Shown piece by piece: positions 1 through 14,280 of a DNA stretch of 64,000 bases. The number at the start of each line of letters is the position of its first letter. Positions within the stretch are counted from its first letter, which is position 1. Source of the DNA: the human T2T-CHM13v2.0 reference genome, Homo sapiens; NCBI RefSeq assembly GCF_009914755.1, contig NC_060929.1; one strand, given 5' to 3'. Under the pieces are notes generated by a model. The model had not been told where the DNA came from. It did no database searches and saw nothing but the letters and a program-made list of their open reading frames with translations. The position numbers were made by a program, and so were the translations under genes.

Positions 1-412
1 TAAATGAGGCAGTTAATATCTTGTTTTATATTAAAAGCAGCTAAATTTTAGCAAATTAAAATAGTAGAAGCCTTAAACAAAGTGGCCTGTTTAATCAGGG
101 ATAAGCAGGAGCATTATCCATTATCTCTATTTAGTCAGAATTCAATATTTAGTTGGAAGACTAAAATATCATGGTACATTCATATGAAAAACACAAACAT
201 CAACAAATAAAGAAATGATAATTAGCATTCTTTAAAGAGCACTGAAGTTAATATCATTCTCCTGATGATAACTTTATTGTCACAATATTGGCTTTATAGT
301 TTGGTGTGCATTCTTTGTTTGCTTTCTGTATGATTTCAAAACTCTCTTAAATGACTACAGTTTCTCTGAACCATGAATATTATTTCATTAATAGACTTCT
401 GTTTTTGCTTAG

Positions 413-1124
413 GAAAATTTGAGTGTAAAATCAATTTAGTGTTCTCAAACCTATTAGGTGCTTAGCCTTTAATTTGCTGCACATTAACATTAAATGGTCA
501 AAATATGAGGTTATTTTTGGAGTGATTATTATGATGGTGATAAGGCCTGACACTTGCGCCACTTCAAACACGCAACCACCAACAGTTCCATTACAACAAA
601 AGAGCTCCCAGCATAACACATTTTAATAGTCAGAAGAGTTGTGAATTCACAGCTTTGCACAGCAGGTGTGGCTGCACATCTTTGCACCCCTAAATACACT
701 TGCTCATCTAATCTGACAGATTAGACAATGGCACAAAACCCCCATCACCGATGTCTAAACAAAGACTTCATTTCAGAAGACACAAAGCTTCATGCAGACT
801 GTGTTGCCACTAATAACTTTTCTAAGCGGAAAACAATGTACATTTTACTAATGAAAAACAAATTGCAGCAGGGAAGATGAATGTCTTGGCTTTTCTGACA
901 TTTTAAATAATCTGCCCTCCCTTCCCTTTTGTGCCTTTAATATTTACCTTCATATCAATCTTTGTGTAATTTTGTTAATTGGCCATGGTGCTGACATCAG
1001 AAAAATGGAAAGCATCACAATCACAGTCCAGGACCTTAAAACCCATGTTGTAAGGGAAAAACAATTTTGCTATTCTTTATAAGCAAAATACATGAGAAAG
1101 CAGTACCTTTCATTAGAACCAGAG
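413..1124 (+). ncRNA. Candidate lncRNA exon (donor strong, acceptor uncertain)
   Basis: Acceptor ttctgtttttgcttAG (AG 411-412); donor GAG|GTAAGC at 1124/1125. Repeat-free sequence with no long + strand ORF. Confidence 0.45.
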
Positions 1125-2736
1125 GTAAGCTGGACTTTGGGGTGCCCACACTACAGTGAAAATACACTCAAAAGGGCTGTAACCTGATTTTCTATGCAAT
1201 GTCATCACAGCTGAACATTAAAAGTGAGACTGGAGATGTGCATATTTACCATCAGGAACTGGACTGAGCATTAATGGGCTCCGGAGGCTTATTTGGAGGC
1301 AGTTGCACTTATCATGAATCAGGAAAAGGAAATAGCAGCCCTGGTGTGCTGTAGGTCAGTCAGAAATGTCGACTTGAGAGATTCATAAATCTCTGGCATG
1401 ACTTCAGCCACTGACTTTCAGAACCTCCTTCTAGCGTTTTCCTATAATTTAAAGATTATGTAAGGTATATCGTGAGTGTGTTCGATGAAAATATTAATTT
1501 AGAGATAAATCCTGTAAGTGCTCTGAAGCCACGGCTTCTGCCGTGCAGTTACACTTCAAACAGGACAGGCTGCTAGTTTTGTCAACAGTAGGAGGTCATG
1601 GAAGGCTGCCAAAGAAAACAAACCTTTTTCAGTAAAATACTTTCAGTTCTAAGTAGTCACAGAATATCTCTTGTACTGTTTTATTGCTGATATTTAAACT
1701 TTGATAGATTGTCTTTTGCTGACAATTTCTTGAGTCAGAAATCTTAATCATAAAATGAAGTGTGGAACATACACTAGTGAGACAATTAATCACAGCAAAG
1801 TCTGTCTGGCAAGTTCAAGTAATTTTCTGGTGTTTTTGCTTTGGCGCCAAGAGGGGAGGGGTATGGCAGGAGGGAGTGGTAAAAGTTATAGGGTAAACTA
1901 TTTCTCTGTCGTTTTTGTTGTTGTTGTTCCCTGAAAGACTGATGACGTATTTTAGTAAGGAAAATCCTGAGCCTTTGAGAAAAATGACAGAATTTTTCCA
2001 TTGAAGAAATAGTTTTATTAATAATTATAATAAGGTGCAATGTCATTTTCATTTATCAATATGGTATAATTGATCCTAAAATAAAAGTATTCTGCATCTG
2101 CCTCTTTGTGTAATTGGATACAAAATTTAAAATATGAGAGGAAACATGCAATGTATATTCAGATTTGTCATACACTTAATAACCTAAATTGGAAATTAAT
2201 GCATTTGAAAATATTGCCCAGGTAAAGAATGGTGAAATTTGATGTAATTGATTTCCAAAACCGCCTCTCACCTTTAAGGCAAGCATTCTGCTGGATAATC
2301 AGTTACTGCAATTTTCATTTGCATTCTCTGACTCTCTTTGATTTGCAAAGATACCTCTTTTGAAAATAAAAATCCATTAATGGCCTTCCATCCTGTGGTT
2401 AGAAAATAAAACACATGGTGACTATAGTTATAAACACCAAATTCTATTAAATGGGTACAGGGTACTAGTAAGTACATATTCTGTTTTCATCATTGTTCAT
2501 AATGAGATATTTGTTTGACTTTTTTTTTTTTACCTGTTAGTATTATTCAAGCCCTAAAGATATATAAGAATACATGCAAATTTAAAATAATATAAATGAG
2601 GATTTCACATATTCTTAATGATATTCTGGAGTTGTAAAATATAATTAACATCATAGAGTGCCTGGAGTACCCAGGCAGAAACCAAATGAGAATTTAAGTC
2701 TCAGTATTACAAGAGTGTTGATGCAAAACTCATAGT

Positions 2737-2770
2737 TCTCTCTCTCTCTCTCTTTCTCTCTTTCTCTCTC
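2737..2770. repeat. (CT)n microsatellite, imperfect
   Basis: tctctc... run with occasional ttt interruptions. Confidence 0.9.
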
Positions 2771-4539
2771 ACTCCTTATTTTTTCAGACTACAGTTTAAG
2801 TGTTTTAATACTTATCTTGGTATCTTGACTGGTTTTTAAAGTAACCTGTTCATGGAGAACTCTGACACCTCTGTGCAGGCATTATCAGCACAGCGCTATC
2901 TGTAAGCTATGCATGGCCACCTTTATTGTTTTACTGTTTTAAAAGCTATGTTCCACTTTCAAATTACATTAAGAATATAAATTTCAACCTCAAAATTATG
3001 ATTCTGTACAACAGAGGTAGAATGTATGCTTTGTAGCACAGGATCCCTTTTATTTAATATTAAGCATTCATCCTCTCACATTTTTCTATTTTTGAAAACC
3101 ATTTGAAATGAATAGACATACACCATAGGATTCTAGACCCTGTAGAATCCTAGGGCCTGTGGCAGACTGAAGCCTAGCAGCCTCTTGTACAGACACTGCC
3201 AGCAGAATATTTGAAGTTGATGCAGCTTAGGAAGAGGCTGATCTTCACAGAAAAGCCAGAATTTCTATAAAAAAAAAGTTTTTAAAGGTATTTTACCCCT
3301 AATCATAGACAAGCATTAAAGATCTTAAAACATGACTGTGATCAGGCATTTTTTTTTTCTGGCATACTTTTTAAGTGAAGACTAGTGTCTGCACAATTTA
3401 GGATGAAGGCTTGACGTTCTCATACATCCCATATAGTCTCCTTTTGAAAGCTATCATCTATATGATGTTCCTGAGTACCAGCCTGTTCTATTCATTAATA
3501 TTGCTAACATTAATGGAAAAGCACAAAGATTATTCTGAATTGATGTGAAAAATGCCTGGTCCTAGCTGTCTTATGGCTTGACTGAGATTGGCCATCATGT
3601 ATCCAGAATCATCCCTTCATATTAGTCTACTGACAAACCCTCACTCTTTCTTCTACCTTTTTATAAGTATCATTGCTTACTTCTAACCACACGTGGAAAA
3701 AAAAAAAGGTTATCACTAGGTATTAAGGAAACAGAAACAATGAGAGATATAACATTCCTAACTATTGGTTTCCTTTAACAGAATTGGTTTAGAATTTTAA
3801 TTTAAGTTCTAGCTGTGAATTAACTCTACTTAGAATTTCACCATTTGGTCAGCACAAGATATTTAATATAAAGTTCCAATACCATTTATTTAGCATTAAA
3901 GATATTGATTTCACAAACCGGAACTGAATTTCTAATTGTTTACTATTAGGAAATATTACATTGATGTGATAGAAAATAGATTTTTTGGATATTTCCCTTA
4001 ATACAGCTATAATACCAAAAATCTCCACTGTAAAGATTTTGCAGTTGTTAATTTGGTGGATAATTAGCATTCTATGATTGCTATCATGTGACAGAACAAA
4101 TATTGGGCCAGAAAGAAAGAGATACCAGAAGGGAAAACTACGTGTGAGAATTTGGGGATATGGCTGGCATAATCAGAAAACAAGGAAGTTTATTTATCTG
4201 CTCATACCTGCGAATAAAAATCAATAATTTCTGCTGCCATCCTATCACATAGATGAATATTTCTTCATATAGTAAATAGTTGTAGCTCATTAATTAGAGT
4301 TCAGGTATTATTTTCTCTGCTGAGGTCAGCAAGCTAAGTAAGATATAGTCCTTGTCCTCAAGAGAAACTTAGAGTTTAACCAGGAAAATTCACAGCAGTT
4401 CCTGGAGTCCCACTAAAGCATTTATAACCCTCTGTCGTCATGGTCTGCAATCCCAATCAGGTCCACAAGGCTGCCTGAAAGTTCTTTGATTTTTCTGGTC
4501 AGCTCTCTCACCCATTCTTTACAACAAATGTTTCAAACT

Positions 4540-4720
4540 CAGTCCCCTCTCTCCAAACCATTTACCCTAACCCCAATCCCTCAGCCTCAGGATATAACCT
4601 TTACTACCACTCAGTAAGGAAAATAAAGGTCATGAAGAGTCAACTCCTTTCACTCGCTGACATTTGGCAGATACCTATGCCAAGTCCTTTCCCCTCTCTC
4701 CTGCCACTTTCATTACTCGA
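4540..4720 (+). mobile_element. LINE-2 fragment
   Basis: Degenerate match to the L2 segment 'CTCAGCAGATGACCTT..TACTTCACTGAGAAAATAGAAGC' (here ctcaggatataacctttactaccactcagtaaggaaaataaagg). Confidence 0.45.
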
Positions 4721-5033
4721 CCAAAATTGCTGTCACCAGGGCTGCACATGGATAGGGTTTAGTCTTTCTCTTATTTGACCTCTGTGTAAGTTGTCACTTG
4801 CACGGACTCCATTGTTATCAGAACATATTCTTCCCCTTGCCTCCCCCTTTCTCCCAGGCTTTTCTAAGTGCTATACTTTTTCTCAAACTGCTTTGCACAT
4901 TCCTTCTCTGGGAACTTTGCCTGGTTGCTTTCCTTTGCTTGTCTCTTAAATACAGATTTTTTAAAGTGTTTCTATCTTTAAAATGTATGAAAGAATTATT
5001 ATAAAGCCTGGCATAGCAAGAGTGATCAAGATT

Positions 5034-5058
5034 TTTGTTTGTTTGTTTGTTTGTTTGT
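5034..5058. repeat. (TTTG)n microsatellite
   Basis: About 6 tandem TTTG units. Confidence 0.9.
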
Positions 5059-6128
5059 CAGGGCCTAAACAGATTTTTTAAAAATCCTGTCACTTTTTCC
5101 TCGTATTTTTCACTATATTTCAGGCAGCCACAATATTCAGTTAATGACCATTGTGTACAAAGCATCAAATTATGGAAGGACTTTCATCCCTGTCTACAAG
5201 ATTAACTCTTTTCTGTGCATTAAGTGAGGCTCACATTAACCCTTTGCAATCATTATTAGCATGCAGGAGTTCCCACCTGTTGTGCAACACATCAACTTTT
5301 GATTTAGTACCATTATGGATCATAGTCTGTGCTCTCTCTATATACTTTTTCATAAACCTTCCCAAGTATTATGACATGAGTACATCCAAACCCCTCAGTA
5401 CCAAAGTTACTACCTCAAGAATTTGTGTAGATGCTTTGGAAACCATTGGCCCCTAAAGTTTTCTATAAAAACTTAAATATAATATTACTTATTAAGTTCA
5501 TTTCATCTGCAAAAGTAGCTTAGTCTGAAAAATATACTGAATATGTGTTAAGTCACCATACTTTAATATATATAGCTTGGCCCTTTTCATTATGTTGAAT
5601 ATTAAAGATGTCACTTTGGTACATGTTGGGGCCACGCTGCGGTGGCAGTTGGACTGGGGCATGACACCCTATAGCACAGAAACTATCATAAAAGCTTTAA
5701 TGAGAATGTTTGCATAATTGACTGTGAAATATCCTCAGTTGCCATTTTTTTTTACTTTATTTGTGAAGACTGATGTTTCTTAAATAAATAAGTAAAACCC
5801 TCATCTATACAATAACTATTAGGACGAGGAAGTACAGATTTTGAGTAACATTAACTTTATGCTCAGGGCGTGCATGGCACCCAGTCAGGTTTGCTAAATT
5901 AAATAGGTTTTATTCTTGTATTCTTGGAACTTTCTCGATAGATTCATCATCAGGGTTATTTATGCTGCTTTGTGACAGCAAAACATTGAACTGTAAGCAT
6001 TAGTGGAAAGAACATACATTGAAGAGATCATGAAAATGATGACTGGTTTCTATGCAAAACTGATGTTCTTGTGAATTATTTTGCTTAAGGAAAGTATTAT
6101 TTTTCCATTAGCAAATGAAGAGAGGAAA

Positions 6129-6158
6129 AAATTAAATTAAATTAAATTAAATTAAATT
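6129..6158. repeat. (AAATT)6 pentanucleotide repeat
   Basis: aaattaaattaaattaaattaaattaaatt. Confidence 0.9.
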
Positions 6159-7604
6159 CAAAATTAATTTGGAATTTCATCTTTTGTAAATCTTTAGAAA
6201 TGGGAGATTTACCCATTTGCACATGGTCCTCACTTGTTGATGAAGAAAGTCTTACAATTACATGCTATGACAATGGAGAGAAAGGGAGACTCAACTAAAA
6301 TCCCTCTACTCAATCACTCTACACTTTTACAGGCAGTATCTACGTTTTACTCTCCTCATTCACCAGGGCCTGACAGCAGAGACCAGAGCTAGGGAGGTGG
6401 GGGACAGTGGAGAAGTAAAGATATAACCTGCTGGAATGGAGGTATAGACATTAGAGAATGTGTTTTCCTGTCTGTAGTGGCATTTGACAGAAAAATTAGA
6501 GCAGGCACCATCTTCACTTTTATCCTTCCCCTCAAATAACCTCTTGTTACACTATCTTCACAGGGTATGGGGACAGAATAAAGAGGATGCAGGATGGTAG
6601 TGATGGGGGTTGGACAGGGTCTTGCTAGAGCTGCAGATATCAGCTTCACAGATCTTGCTGCTTTGCCCCCTTTGAAGATCTCTATTGTACAAAAGGCTTG
6701 TCAGTATCCCTGATAACTACTAGGTTGATCATTTAACCCTCTTATCACTTAAGAGCTAACTCTTCCTTCAATGCTGAATCATCACAGTGTGCAAGAACAA
6801 GACATGTCATGTACATGGAAAGGGGACACAATAAATATGATATTTAGAGGAAAGCAGGAAATAGACAGTTTTCATTTATCTTCAGAGTTAGAAATATAGA
6901 CCTGAAAGGACAAAACAGGGATGTGAGAATTCTATTTTAATAGCTACAAAATTTGAGATGTGGTCAGGTATTGAACAAGCTCCACTGTGAACAGAGAAAT
7001 CTACTCTATGAGAAATAAATTCCTAGACATAATTTGGCCAATAGTCAGTACTCCAGGTAATTTAGGGGTTTGTAGATTCAAATTTTAGATTGTTAGAAAT
7101 TATCTATGTTCATTATACAATTAAGAAAATTGACTCAAAGAGACCAAACTCCAAAACTCCTCTAACAATCCAATGCCAGAGCTGAGGACACTTTCTGCAT
7201 CTATCTTAGAACTCAGTCCAACATGTCACATCACCTGTTTCTAAACCTCAACCAGATGTCATCTGAATTGGATCAAAATTATAACCTTTACCTAGGAATG
7301 TGTACTTAACCATGACACATTTTACATAGGGTACCAATAAATCATTTCATATAAATATTACTTTTTTCTACCTTTTGACAAAATTATTGTTGTAAAGTTG
7401 AATACCTTCAGAAAGTAGTTTCTTAGAGGCACAAAACCACTAAGCTACCTTTAAAAGTAAAGCAATAACTAGAAATAATTTACCCTTTTGTACAGAGTAC
7501 TTCTATGTTATGAGAAGCTATGAGAGTTTGGGAAAAATGATAAGGTTCTACTTAATACTCTGTGTACAATGTAAATGTACTAAAGCAATTTAGAAAAACT
7601 CTGG

Positions 7605-10600
7605 CAGGGGGAGATAGGGCAAGGTATCTTATTCCCGGGGTTACAACATAATATTATTATACTAAAAATGTTCAGTTTTCTGCCCCCTCCCCAAAAAAAA
7701 TTAAAAGGCTTGCAAAGAAACAGAAAAGTGTAGCTTATAGACAGGAAAAAAAGCAATTAATAGAAACTGTCCCTCAAGAAAGTCCATGCATTGGATTTAC
7801 TAGACAAAGACTTTAAATAAGCTATTTTAAATATTTTCAAAGATCCAAAGGAAACCATGTCTAAGAATTTAATAAAAGTATAAGAACCACATTTCACCAA
7901 GTAAAGAATATAAAAGAGATGTAATATATATATATGCATACATATGTATATATATACACATATATAATACATAGAGAAAGAAATTCTAGAGTTAAAAATT
8001 ACAAAGATTGAAATGAAAAATTGTTTACTGGTGCTCAATAGCAGATTAAAGCCAGCAGAAGAATAAATCAGTGAACTGGAAGATAGGTCAATTGAAATTA
8101 TCCAGTCTGAAAAATAGAAAAAATAATTTTTAAAAATATGAAAAGAGGTTAAGATACTTGTGGGACATCACCAGGCATAACAACTTATATATAATGTGAG
8201 TCCCAGAGATGAAAGAAAAGGGACAGAGTATTTGAAAAAAAATGACTGATGAAAAACATTAATCTGCACATCCAAGAAGCGTAACAAACTCCAAATGGGA
8301 TAAATTGAAAAAGAATCTCAATATAATAATCAAACTCTTAAAGACAAAAAGAAAGAAAGAATCTTAAGAGCAGTGACAGAAAGGTGATTCAACACATACA
8401 AAGGATTATCAATAAGATTAAGAAGTGATTTCTCATCAGAAACCATGGAGGCTAGAAGGCAATGGAGTAACATACTCAAGGAATCAAAAGAAAAAAACCC
8501 GTCAATCAAGAATTTTATACATAGCAAAACTCTTCTTCAAAAATTATGAAGAAATTTAAACATTCCCAAATAAACTAAAACTGAGTTTGTTGCTAGTATA
8601 TGTGCCTTACGAATTGTTCTTCAGGCTTAAATAAAAGGACAATAGACAATAACTTGCATCTATATGAAGAAATGAACACTGGTAAGGAAACCAGCACAGG
8701 TAAATATAAAGGAATATAATATATAAAAGACAGTATTAATACATTTTTTAAAATCCTTCAGCAAAATTATGTGATACAATATTCACATTCAAAATTTAGA
8801 TGTACTTCTATGTGATAGCAATGAACAATTTGAAAATAAAATTAAGAAAACAATTCAATTTATTAATTATTAGTATAATACTTAGAGACAGACTCTCTCG
8901 CTCTTGCCCTGGTTAGAGTGCAGTGGCTCAAACATAACTTACTGCAATCTTGAACTTCTGGGCTCAAACAATCCTCCCACCTCAACCTCCTAAATAGCTG
9001 GGACTACAGGTGCACACCACCACACCGAGCTAAATTTTAATTTTTGGTAGAACCCAGGTTGATCTTGAACTCCTGGTCTCAAGTGATCCTCCTGCCTTGG
9101 CCTCCCAAAATGCTGGTATTACAACTATGAGCCAGCCCAATTCCATTTATAATAGCATCAAAAGGAAAAAATATACTTAGGAAAAACTTAAACCAAGTAA
9201 GTGCAAGATCTGTACACTGAAATTTATAAAACATATGGAAAGATGCCCTTTGTCAGTAAATTTCAAGGCTTACTATTATTAAGATGGCAGTATTTCCCAA
9301 ATGATATACGGATTCCATGCAATCCTTACCAAAATTCCAAGTGCCTTTTTTTCCAGAAAGGACAAGTGATCTGAAAATTTATAATGAAATCCAAGTGATG
9401 CTAGATAGCTAAGACAATCTTGAAAAACAAGAACAGTTGGAAGACTCACACTTCCATATTTTGAAACTTACTGCAAATCTACAGTAATCAATACTGTGTG
9501 GTGCAGGCATAAGGTTAGACATATAAATCAATGGAATAAAATTGAGATTCAAAAAATGAACCCATTCATCTATATTTAATTAATTTTCGACAAAGGTACC
9601 AAGAGTATTCAATGAAGAAAAATAAATTTTCAACAAAAGGTGTTGGAAAAACTGGATACTCTTGTGCAAAAGAATGAATTTGTACGAAAACCTACTATAA
9701 TAAACAAAAATTACCTCAAAAAAATCACAGACCTAAATGTAAGGCCTAATACTATAAAAATTTTTAGAATTAATAGGTATAAATCTACAGGACTACTGAT
9801 TTGGCAAAGATTTCTTAGATATGACACCAAAAGCACAACAGACTAAAGAAAAAATAGATAAATTAGACTTCTACCTAAACATAAAATTTTGTGCATCAGA
9901 AGACACCATTACTAAAGCAAAATGACCATAGAATTAGTGAAAATATGTGTAAGTCATCTATCAGATAACAGTCTAATATCCAAAATATAAAAATAAGTCT
10001 TACAACAGAAAGAGAAATAGCCCAATTATAAAATTGGTGAAGGACTTGAATAGGCCTTGATTCAATGAAGATATGCAAATAGTCAATAACACAAAAGTGC
10101 TTAACATCATTAGTCATTTTGGAAATGCAAATCAAAGCCACAGTGAGGTACCACCATACACCTCCAAGGATGATTATTTTAAAAGAGAAAGAAATAAAAA
10201 TTGTTGGTGAGGATGTAAAGTTGGAACCATCATTGCAGGTGGGAATGTAAAATGGCGCAGCTGTGGAAAACAGTTTGGTAATTCCTCAAAAAGTTAAGCA
10301 GAATTACCCTGTGTCACAGCTATTCTTTTTCTCTACGTATATACTCAAGAGAATTAAAAACATATGCACACAAAATATGTATACAAATGCTGGCAGCAGC
10401 ATTATTTCCAATATGCAAAAAGTGGAAACAATCCAAATCTCCATCAACTAATTATTGAATAAATAAAATGTGGTATATCCATGCAATGGAATATTATTTA
10501 GACAAAATTAATGAGTACTGATACATGCTACAACATGAAAGAAACTTGAATGTATTGTACTAAATTAGTCACAAAAGACTACCTACTATATAATTCCATT

Positions 10601-10832
10601 GATATGAAATGTTCAGAATAAGTAAATCCGTAGAGAAAGAAAGTAAAGAATTGTTTGACAGGGTAGAGGGGAATGGGAATTGGTCGTCATTGTTAATGGA
10701 TATAGTGCATCTTTTAGGGGTGAAAGAATTAGTGGTAATGGTTGCACAACACTGCAAATACACTAAAATCCACTAAATTGTATAGTTTAAAATGGTGAAT
10801 TCCATATTATATGAATGTTTTCTCGATAAAAA
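7605..10832 (+). mobile_element. Old LINE-1 (L1MB-type): degenerate ORF1, internally deleted ORF2, 3' UTR; interrupted by an AluJ
   Basis: ORF1-like A-rich sequence (ggatttactagacaaagactttaaa; gatttctcatcagaaaccatggaggctagaaggcaatgg). ORF2 3' part (aatggaataaaattgag; gaaatgcaaatcaaagccacagtgag). L1MB-type end ggttgcacaacactg...aaaatggtgaatt...ctcgataaaa. Confidence 0.9.
8864..9137 (-). mobile_element. AluJ inserted into the L1
   Basis: Antisense Alu with J-type ctgggctcaaacaatcctcc. Target-site duplication caattcaatttat (8851-8863) / caattccatttat (9138-9150). Confidence 0.9.
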
Positions 10833-10849
10833 CGATTGAAAAGGAATTA

Positions 10850-11223
<374 letters not shown>

Positions 11224-12129
11224 TTAAAATCTCCAAAGTCCAATCACCTGACAGTATATAACTACCAATTTCTTTAGCCTTTTAAAGGGCAATCCTGGTT
11301 TGAGATCAACTCTATATGTCATTGAACATATGGAACTATTTAAAAGTGCCATAGAACTTAGTGAAGACTGTAAAACCAAAAAACAATTAGATATTCAGAA
11401 AATAAATCTATAAGGAAATATTTGTTAGATGTTTCCAAACTTTTATTTACTTATTTATTTTCCTTTGACATTACTTTTCTCATCATCTTAGAGGACCAAA
11501 GCAGGAAGGTTAGAAGGTAACTACCTTCTTATACATCAAATCATTTCCTTTTGCTATTTTGAAAAGTAAACCTTTCAAATAATCCTAATATCCTTAATAT
11601 TGATGTATGAATATCACTGCATCACATTTAAGGTGAATAAAATTGATGCAAATTGAAATTGCAGCAGGTTGGTGAAAGGCTTACTATATATGCATCTACT
11701 GAACTTCATATTTTGCAAATCACTTTATAATTTCAAAAATATATCCTTTTTCCTACTTCCAAAATCTTTACCTGTCACAATAGTACTATTAACACACTAT
11801 TTGTTTAAATTTTTCTAAGAATTATCAAAGATGTAAGTGTGTTTATGTTAATTATGTGAGATTCACATGAGATTGATTTTGTAGCTTAATTTCCCCCTTA
11901 AGGCTCACAGGAAGATTTCTTCTTGGATTGTATATATGTAGATGAGGATTCTATGCCTCAAGACCAAAATTATGTCCCAGGTTTTTCATATATCCTTGAA
12001 ATGGCTTTGCTAGTGTCACAATTTTTATTCCCAACAAATAAAATTTTCTATATCTGCCATTAGTATCCTAAATTATTGTTGTTGTAGTCATTTGTTTGAA
12101 AAAGCAACTGTAATGAGATATTTAAATAT

Positions 12130-12628
12130 AAATTTGCAGATAAATCAGTTTGCATCACTCTTTTGCTTAAAACACTTCCACGTGCTTAGACTAATATCCA
12201 TAAAACTTAACATGGTCTACACAAATTTGTGTGTTCTGGCTCCTGCCTGTACTTCTGATCTTACTTTCCTCCAGAATCATGAGCTCATTCAAGCTTTAGA
12301 GCCATCTCTTTTCTAGTACATTGTTACCTTCACTCCAGATTTCACATGGTTGGGTCTCACCTTTGTGATCTCAGTTCAAGTAACACCTCTTCAGAGAAAG
12401 AATTTTCTCTAACAATGCCAGGAAAAATACTCCTATTACTTTAAATAACATTATACTGTTTAATCAGATTAATTTCTTACATAAATTTCCTGAGTTATTT
12501 ATTAGTTTACTTGTTTATTGTTGGCATTAATATTATGCCTCTAGAATAGAAGTCTATGAGAGCAGATGATGTATACTATGTGCCTTGAAGAATGCTAAAA
12601 TTGTGGAATGAAGAAAATACATGAATAA
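12130..12628 (+). mobile_element. LINE-2 (L2a-like) 3' region
   Basis: catcactcttttgcttaaaacacttcca ... ctagaatagaagtctatgagagcag ... tgtggaatgaa L2 3' landmarks. Confidence 0.7.
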
Positions 12629-13575
12629 TGCCTTGGATAACTCTGACATTAGGTGTGATGCTCCCCACCCCACTACCTAACACATGCATATCTTTGCACA
12701 CAACGTTCTCCAAGTTGTTCAGCAACTCCTTTGTCAAGATTAATCTTGGACATTCTCAGATTAAAGAAACCTCTACAATCCAAGTCACTTCCAAAAATAT
12801 ATTAATAACCATTTATTTGTACCATTCAATATTGTGCAAATAGTCAAAAAAGTCTGATTTCGGACCATGGGTTGTTGCATGGAGTGTGCTTGTTTTCCTG
12901 GACCTCAGTGAGCATTCTCTATGCTTGTCTAAGGGCAGGATTTGGCCATGTGTGGTTAGTTGATTACAACAAACATATGGGGAAAATGGCTGAGAATGCT
13001 CAAATATTGAAACCATATGTTACTGCATAGGAAACTATGCCTTATTAAAACACAAAACAAAAACTGAGAATCCAGCTAGAAACATACAGTTCAGAGCTTT
13101 TGCTTTCAAAGCTTAACAACACTCAATTTATTAGACTAAAGACTTTCTTTTAGATTGAACAGAACCTTTACATCTCAGACCAGCTACTTAAATAAAAATA
13201 TTTCCTTTGACTACAGAAGGTTACAAAAATCAAACATCTTGCATAATTTTCAAAACTGTTTAAAAGTGCCTTAAATCCTGTGAGATTTTTAATATTCTGT
13301 TTTAAATGCCATGAGGACTTCATAGATTTTATATATACTGTTTATATAAATGGGATGTTTTAACTATTTTTCTCAATTACTGTCATACCATCTTCATAGG
13401 AAAATGGTGCAGACAAGGAACTTGACTGTCATACTTAGAAAAGACATTAGTCTTGTAATTAAAGACTTAGAAAATTTAGATCAGAATAGCATTTGTACCA
13501 GAAGTAATGCTGGGTATCAGTGGAAGACCTTAGACTCACACACATTTTCTTCTGATCCTCAGATGAACCTTATTA

Positions 13576-13746
13576 CTATCCTTCATCAAATCTAACATGC
13601 TATTAAATATAAAATACACCACCATTAAGAAATAAAAAATGCTGCCAATTTAACTATGAAATAATGCTAAAATATAATATAAACTCTTGATTTCAAAGAG
13701 TTTAAAATGTGAAAACATATGCATGTTCAAATCAATAAAGTATGGT
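13576..13746 (-). mobile_element. MER104-like non-autonomous Tc2/mariner DNA transposon
   Basis: aagaaataaaaaatgctgccaatttaactatga and gatttcaaagagtttaaaatgtgaaaa match the reverse complement of MER104; degenerate TIRs. Confidence 0.7.
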
Positions 13747-14280
13747 GGTTATACAAACTTGAATTTTGGCTTAATGTCTTAAAATAAAATATAAAATATA
13801 AAGCACTTAAAGAAATTTAAAAAATGTTGTTTTGGTGCTCTCACATTTTCTTTTTCATTTTGATGTCTGTTCTCTTAGCTAAGGAGCTCAATGTTTCCTC
13901 CTTATTTTCACCCCACACCACCACCCAGCCCTCTCCATACTCACACAGCCCTGCCTGCAGACAGTCCTTTCTGAGCTTCCTATTCCAGGTAGGGCCAGTA
14001 CTCCGGAGTTTTCCATTTAACTTCCTCCCTCTTTATTGCCACTGTTAGATATTGATCTGGTAAATTACTGTGAGCTGGGAGATTTGATAGTCAAAGATAA
14101 CCATGTTAGCATTTTAACAATGTTTGCATTTTAACTGTGGAATCCTAGATTCACAAATTTTAGCCCAAATAAACCAGTCTTTTACAGTGTGTTTTGAAGT
14201 ATAATTGCAGGCTACATTTTGAAATATACAGACATTTAATCCATGCAAATTATACCCTCATTTCCATTCATATATATAGG

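Noticed and set aside
9640-10763. Short ORFs on both strands (also 18671-19021)
   Set aside because: Frameshifted remnants of old L1 ORF2 and 3' UTR.
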